The translations under genes and the position numbers were made by a program. Shown here in pieces: positions 23,933-25,567 of a stretch of DNA of 25,567 nucleotides (position 1 is the first letter of the stretch; the number at the start of each line of letters is the position of its first letter). The notes beneath the pieces were generated by a model. It was given only the letters and a program-made list of their open reading frames with translations. It ran no database searches and had not been told where the DNA came from. Location of the stretch: IMG/VR virus record IMGVR_UViG_3300042326_000426, positions 1-25,567 of that record. One strand, given 5' to 3'. Source of the stretch: a virus. Lineage: Duplodnaviria > Caudoviricetes.

Positions 23933-24089
23933 TCCTAAACAACAAGTCAAGATAGAAAAGCGTTATTATACTCTACTTGAAAAAGAAAAGAAGTTAGAAG
24001 AAGAAGCGCTTAAAGTTGCAGAGAAGAAAAGAAAAGCTGCATACGAACTTGGTATGAAGGATTTAGAGTTTGAAGATATAGCCAGTTAA
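23916..24089 (+). CDS. Small coiled-coil protein (57 aa)
   Basis: Not in the ORF track. MEKIHDPKQQVKIEKRYYTLLEKEKKLEEEALKVAEKKRKAAYELGMKDLEFEDIAS. Confidence 0.6.
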   Translation: MEKIHDPKQQVKIEKRYYTLLEKEKKLEEEALKVAEKKRKAAYELGMKDLEFEDIAS

Positions 24090-24140
24090 AGAATAATTGG
24101 TATGTGTACTGCAGGTTGTGAAACAACTAAGGAGAGAGAC

Positions 24141-24233
24141 ATGACTAAAAAGAAAGAGATAACAGGTTACTACGGATATTACGATAGTAAGAAGAAGCGC
24201 AGAGTGCTAAAAGTATTGTATAAAAAAATTTAA
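24141..24233 (+). CDS. Small basic protein (30 aa)
   Basis: MTKKKEITGYYGYYDSKKKRRVLKVLYKKI; strong AAGGAG RBS. Confidence 0.55.
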   Translation: MTKKKEITGYYGYYDSKKKRRVLKVLYKKI

Positions 24234-24329
24234 TTATTAAAGAATTCAATTGGAGAAATAGACTGCCAAATGAATATTGACTATGTCAATTTTGAAAGTG
24301 TCTATATTTGTTTTTATCTAGCGTAGAAG

Positions 24330-24360
24330 TATAGGGGGTTTTTCGTTGAGACTCCCTATA
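24330..24360. terminator. Hairpin at the convergence of the early (+) and late (-) units
   Basis: TATAGGGGGTTT-N7-AGACTCCCTATA, 12-bp stem with G-U pairs on the plus strand. Confidence 0.6.
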
Positions 24361-24365
24361 TTAAA

Positions 24366-24614
24366 TTAGTTTGCAAAAGTCTTTGCGTAATTAGGTTTCT
24401 TATTTCTTCTTGATCTTCTTTCAGCTACAATCTTTCTTTGAATAGCAGAACGTTTTTCAGATTCACTCATACCACTAAGAACAGATTGAGGTACACACTT
24501 AGGATATTTTCTACCTGAACCTTTTTGTCTACCACAAGGTTGATACATTCCATTCTTTTTAGAACGTATATCTACCCAGTTTTGTTTAAACCATTTATCT
24601 AAACCGTTAGCCAT
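24366..24614 (-). CDS. Small basic conserved phage protein (DUF5872-related)
   Basis: GLDKWFKQNWVDI...CGR...RKYPKCVP motif. Confidence 0.7.
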   Translation of the reverse strand: MANGLDKWFKQNWVDIRSKKNGMYQPCGRQKGSGRKYPKCVPQSVLSGMSESEKRSAIQRKIVAERRSRRNKKPNYAKTFAN

Positions 24615-24739
24615 TATTTCTTTTTAATTATACCTCTGCCAATAAGAACATCTTTAAATGTAGTTTTACCATCTTTGTTTAAATCTGGAAAACCTTTTTT
24701 ATTTTTCTTATTTTTTTTACCGAAAAAATCTTTTCTCAT
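24614..24739 (-). CDS. Tiny basic protein with an EF-hand-like loop (41 aa)
   Basis: Not in the ORF track. MRKDFFGKKNKKNKKGFPDLNKDGKTTFKDVLIGRGIIKKK; overlapping start/stop on both sides. Confidence 0.7.
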   Translation of the reverse strand: MRKDFFGKKNKKNKKGFPDLNKDGKTTFKDVLIGRGIIKKK

Positions 24740-24894
24740 TTCATAACCTTTCTGTAGCCACCACCTTTTTTCTTATAAGTCTTTACAAGATAAGCATTAG
24801 CGTATGCGCTTGGATATACTTTAAATTTTCTTTTAGTTAATGCTTTAATTCTTGCATATAACTTTGGGTCTGTTGGTCTGTTGACTGTTGCCAT
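24736..24894 (-). CDS. Tiny basic protein (DUF5872-like, 52 aa)
   Basis: Not in the ORF track. MATVNRPTDPKLYARIKALTKRKFKVYPSAYANAYLVKTYKKKGGGYRKVMK; GGGAG RBS. Confidence 0.75.
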   Translation of the reverse strand: MATVNRPTDPKLYARIKALTKRKFKVYPSAYANAYLVKTYKKKGGGYRKVMK

Positions 24895-25019
24895 TATTTT
24901 TTTACTCCCTTAATTATACCTTTGTTAAACGAAGCATAGAATACAGAAGTTCCTCTCTTCTTACCATAATTCTTTTGCATCTCTTTCATTATCTTAGTTC
25001 CTTTTTTACTTAGTGGCAT
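24894..25019 (-). CDS. Tiny basic protein (41 aa)
   Basis: Not in the ORF track. MPLSKKGTKIMKEMQKNYGKKRGTSVFYASFNKGIIKGVKK; AAGGA RBS. Confidence 0.7.
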   Translation of the reverse strand: MPLSKKGTKIMKEMQKNYGKKRGTSVFYASFNKGIIKGVKK

Positions 25020-25021
25020 AG

Positions 25022-25567
25022 TTATTCCTTTGTATTATAAAATTGACTATCATCATTTTCAGTTCTCCAACCGTCAGTCTCTACGCTTGGATAGTCCATA
25101 TTAGTTTTATAATCTGGAATATTATCTTTAACAGTAAAGTTTGGAAGATTAAATAAAATTCTGTTATTGGGCATTAACGCAAAGTTTCCGCACCATAAAT
25201 CATCATTAGCTATCTCTAAAACATGATGATGCTTATGTTCTGGTGATATTTCTGAATAGGTAGTGTTTAATAAATTAATATCTGGTTGACAGTAATCTAT
25301 TGAGAATTCGTAATTAGCTTTATGCAATTGATTATTTCTATCTAAGAACTTACATTGAGAAGTGGCTAACGCATTGTATTCAACAACACCTGCGTAATAA
25401 GATAGGCAATCCCAATAAGCTAAATCTTTTAATTGTAAATCTTTAACTTGAGTTCTTTTATATCCGTCTGCAAAGAAAGCATGTATAGGAAGTCTTGCAT
25501 AGTTAGCGCCATTAGGCAGCATAATATTAAACAAAGGAGTTCTACCTTCTAAAGTAGTAATAGAATG
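25022..25567 (-). CDS. Conserved phage hypothetical protein, 5' end outside the window
   Basis: The frame is open to the window edge (HSITTLEGRTPLFNIMLPNGANYARLPIHAF...WDCLSY...EHKHHH...GNFALMPNNR), so the start at 25534 in the ORF track is probably not the real start. Confidence 0.7.
   Translation of the reverse strand, partial: HSITTLEGRTPLFNIMLPNGANYARLPIHAFFADGYKRTQVKDLQLKDLAYWDCLSYYAGVVEYNALATSQCKFLDRNNQLHKANYEFSIDYCQPDINLLNTTYSEISPEHKHHHVLEIANDDLWCGNFALMPNNRILFNLPNFTVKDNIPDYKTNMDYPSVETDGWRTENDDSQFYNTKE

Noticed and set aside
1-25567. tRNA, rRNA, integrase/att site, DNA polymerase, lysis genes
   Set aside because: No supporting sequence was recognised in this window; they may lie in the unseen part of the genome.

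Overview
AT-rich segment of a podovirus-type (P22-like head, short tail) bacteriophage. Gene order and protein families resemble HTVC010P-type phages of SAR11/Pelagibacterales, so an alphaproteobacterial host is inferred, not proven. The minus strand from 15976 to 1 is the packaging and morphogenesis operon: TerS, TerL, portal, scaffold, major capsid, adaptor, nozzle, tail fibre, then tandem pairs of short fibre-like gene plus small partner gene. 16098-17114 is an oppositely oriented cassette of small genes. 17307-21137 (minus) holds a putative late regulator, an iteron plus AT-rich origin candidate, an HTH protein, a stand-alone DnaA domain IV protein and a minimal C5 DNA methyltransferase with an in-frame G11 tract. 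21312-24233 (plus) is a recombination/early module: PD-(D/E)xK nuclease, annealing protein, SSB-like, DUF3310-like and LexA-DBD-like. 24366-25567 (minus) is a cluster of tiny basic proteins. The most interesting signals are regulatory. Two near-identical alphaproteobacterial LexA-type boxes (GTWC-N7-GTTC) sit on the path into the packaging operon. A TGATTCG (CcrM/GcrA-type) motif lies at the predicted start of three early-type promoters. DnaA-box-like 9-mers occur in both divergent promoter regions, and the phage encodes DNA-binding-domain-only LexA and DnaA proteins. The methyltransferase may be phase-variable. No tRNA, rRNA, CRISPR array, integrase or DNA polymerase was seen. All family assignments are from motif recognition by eye, without database searches.
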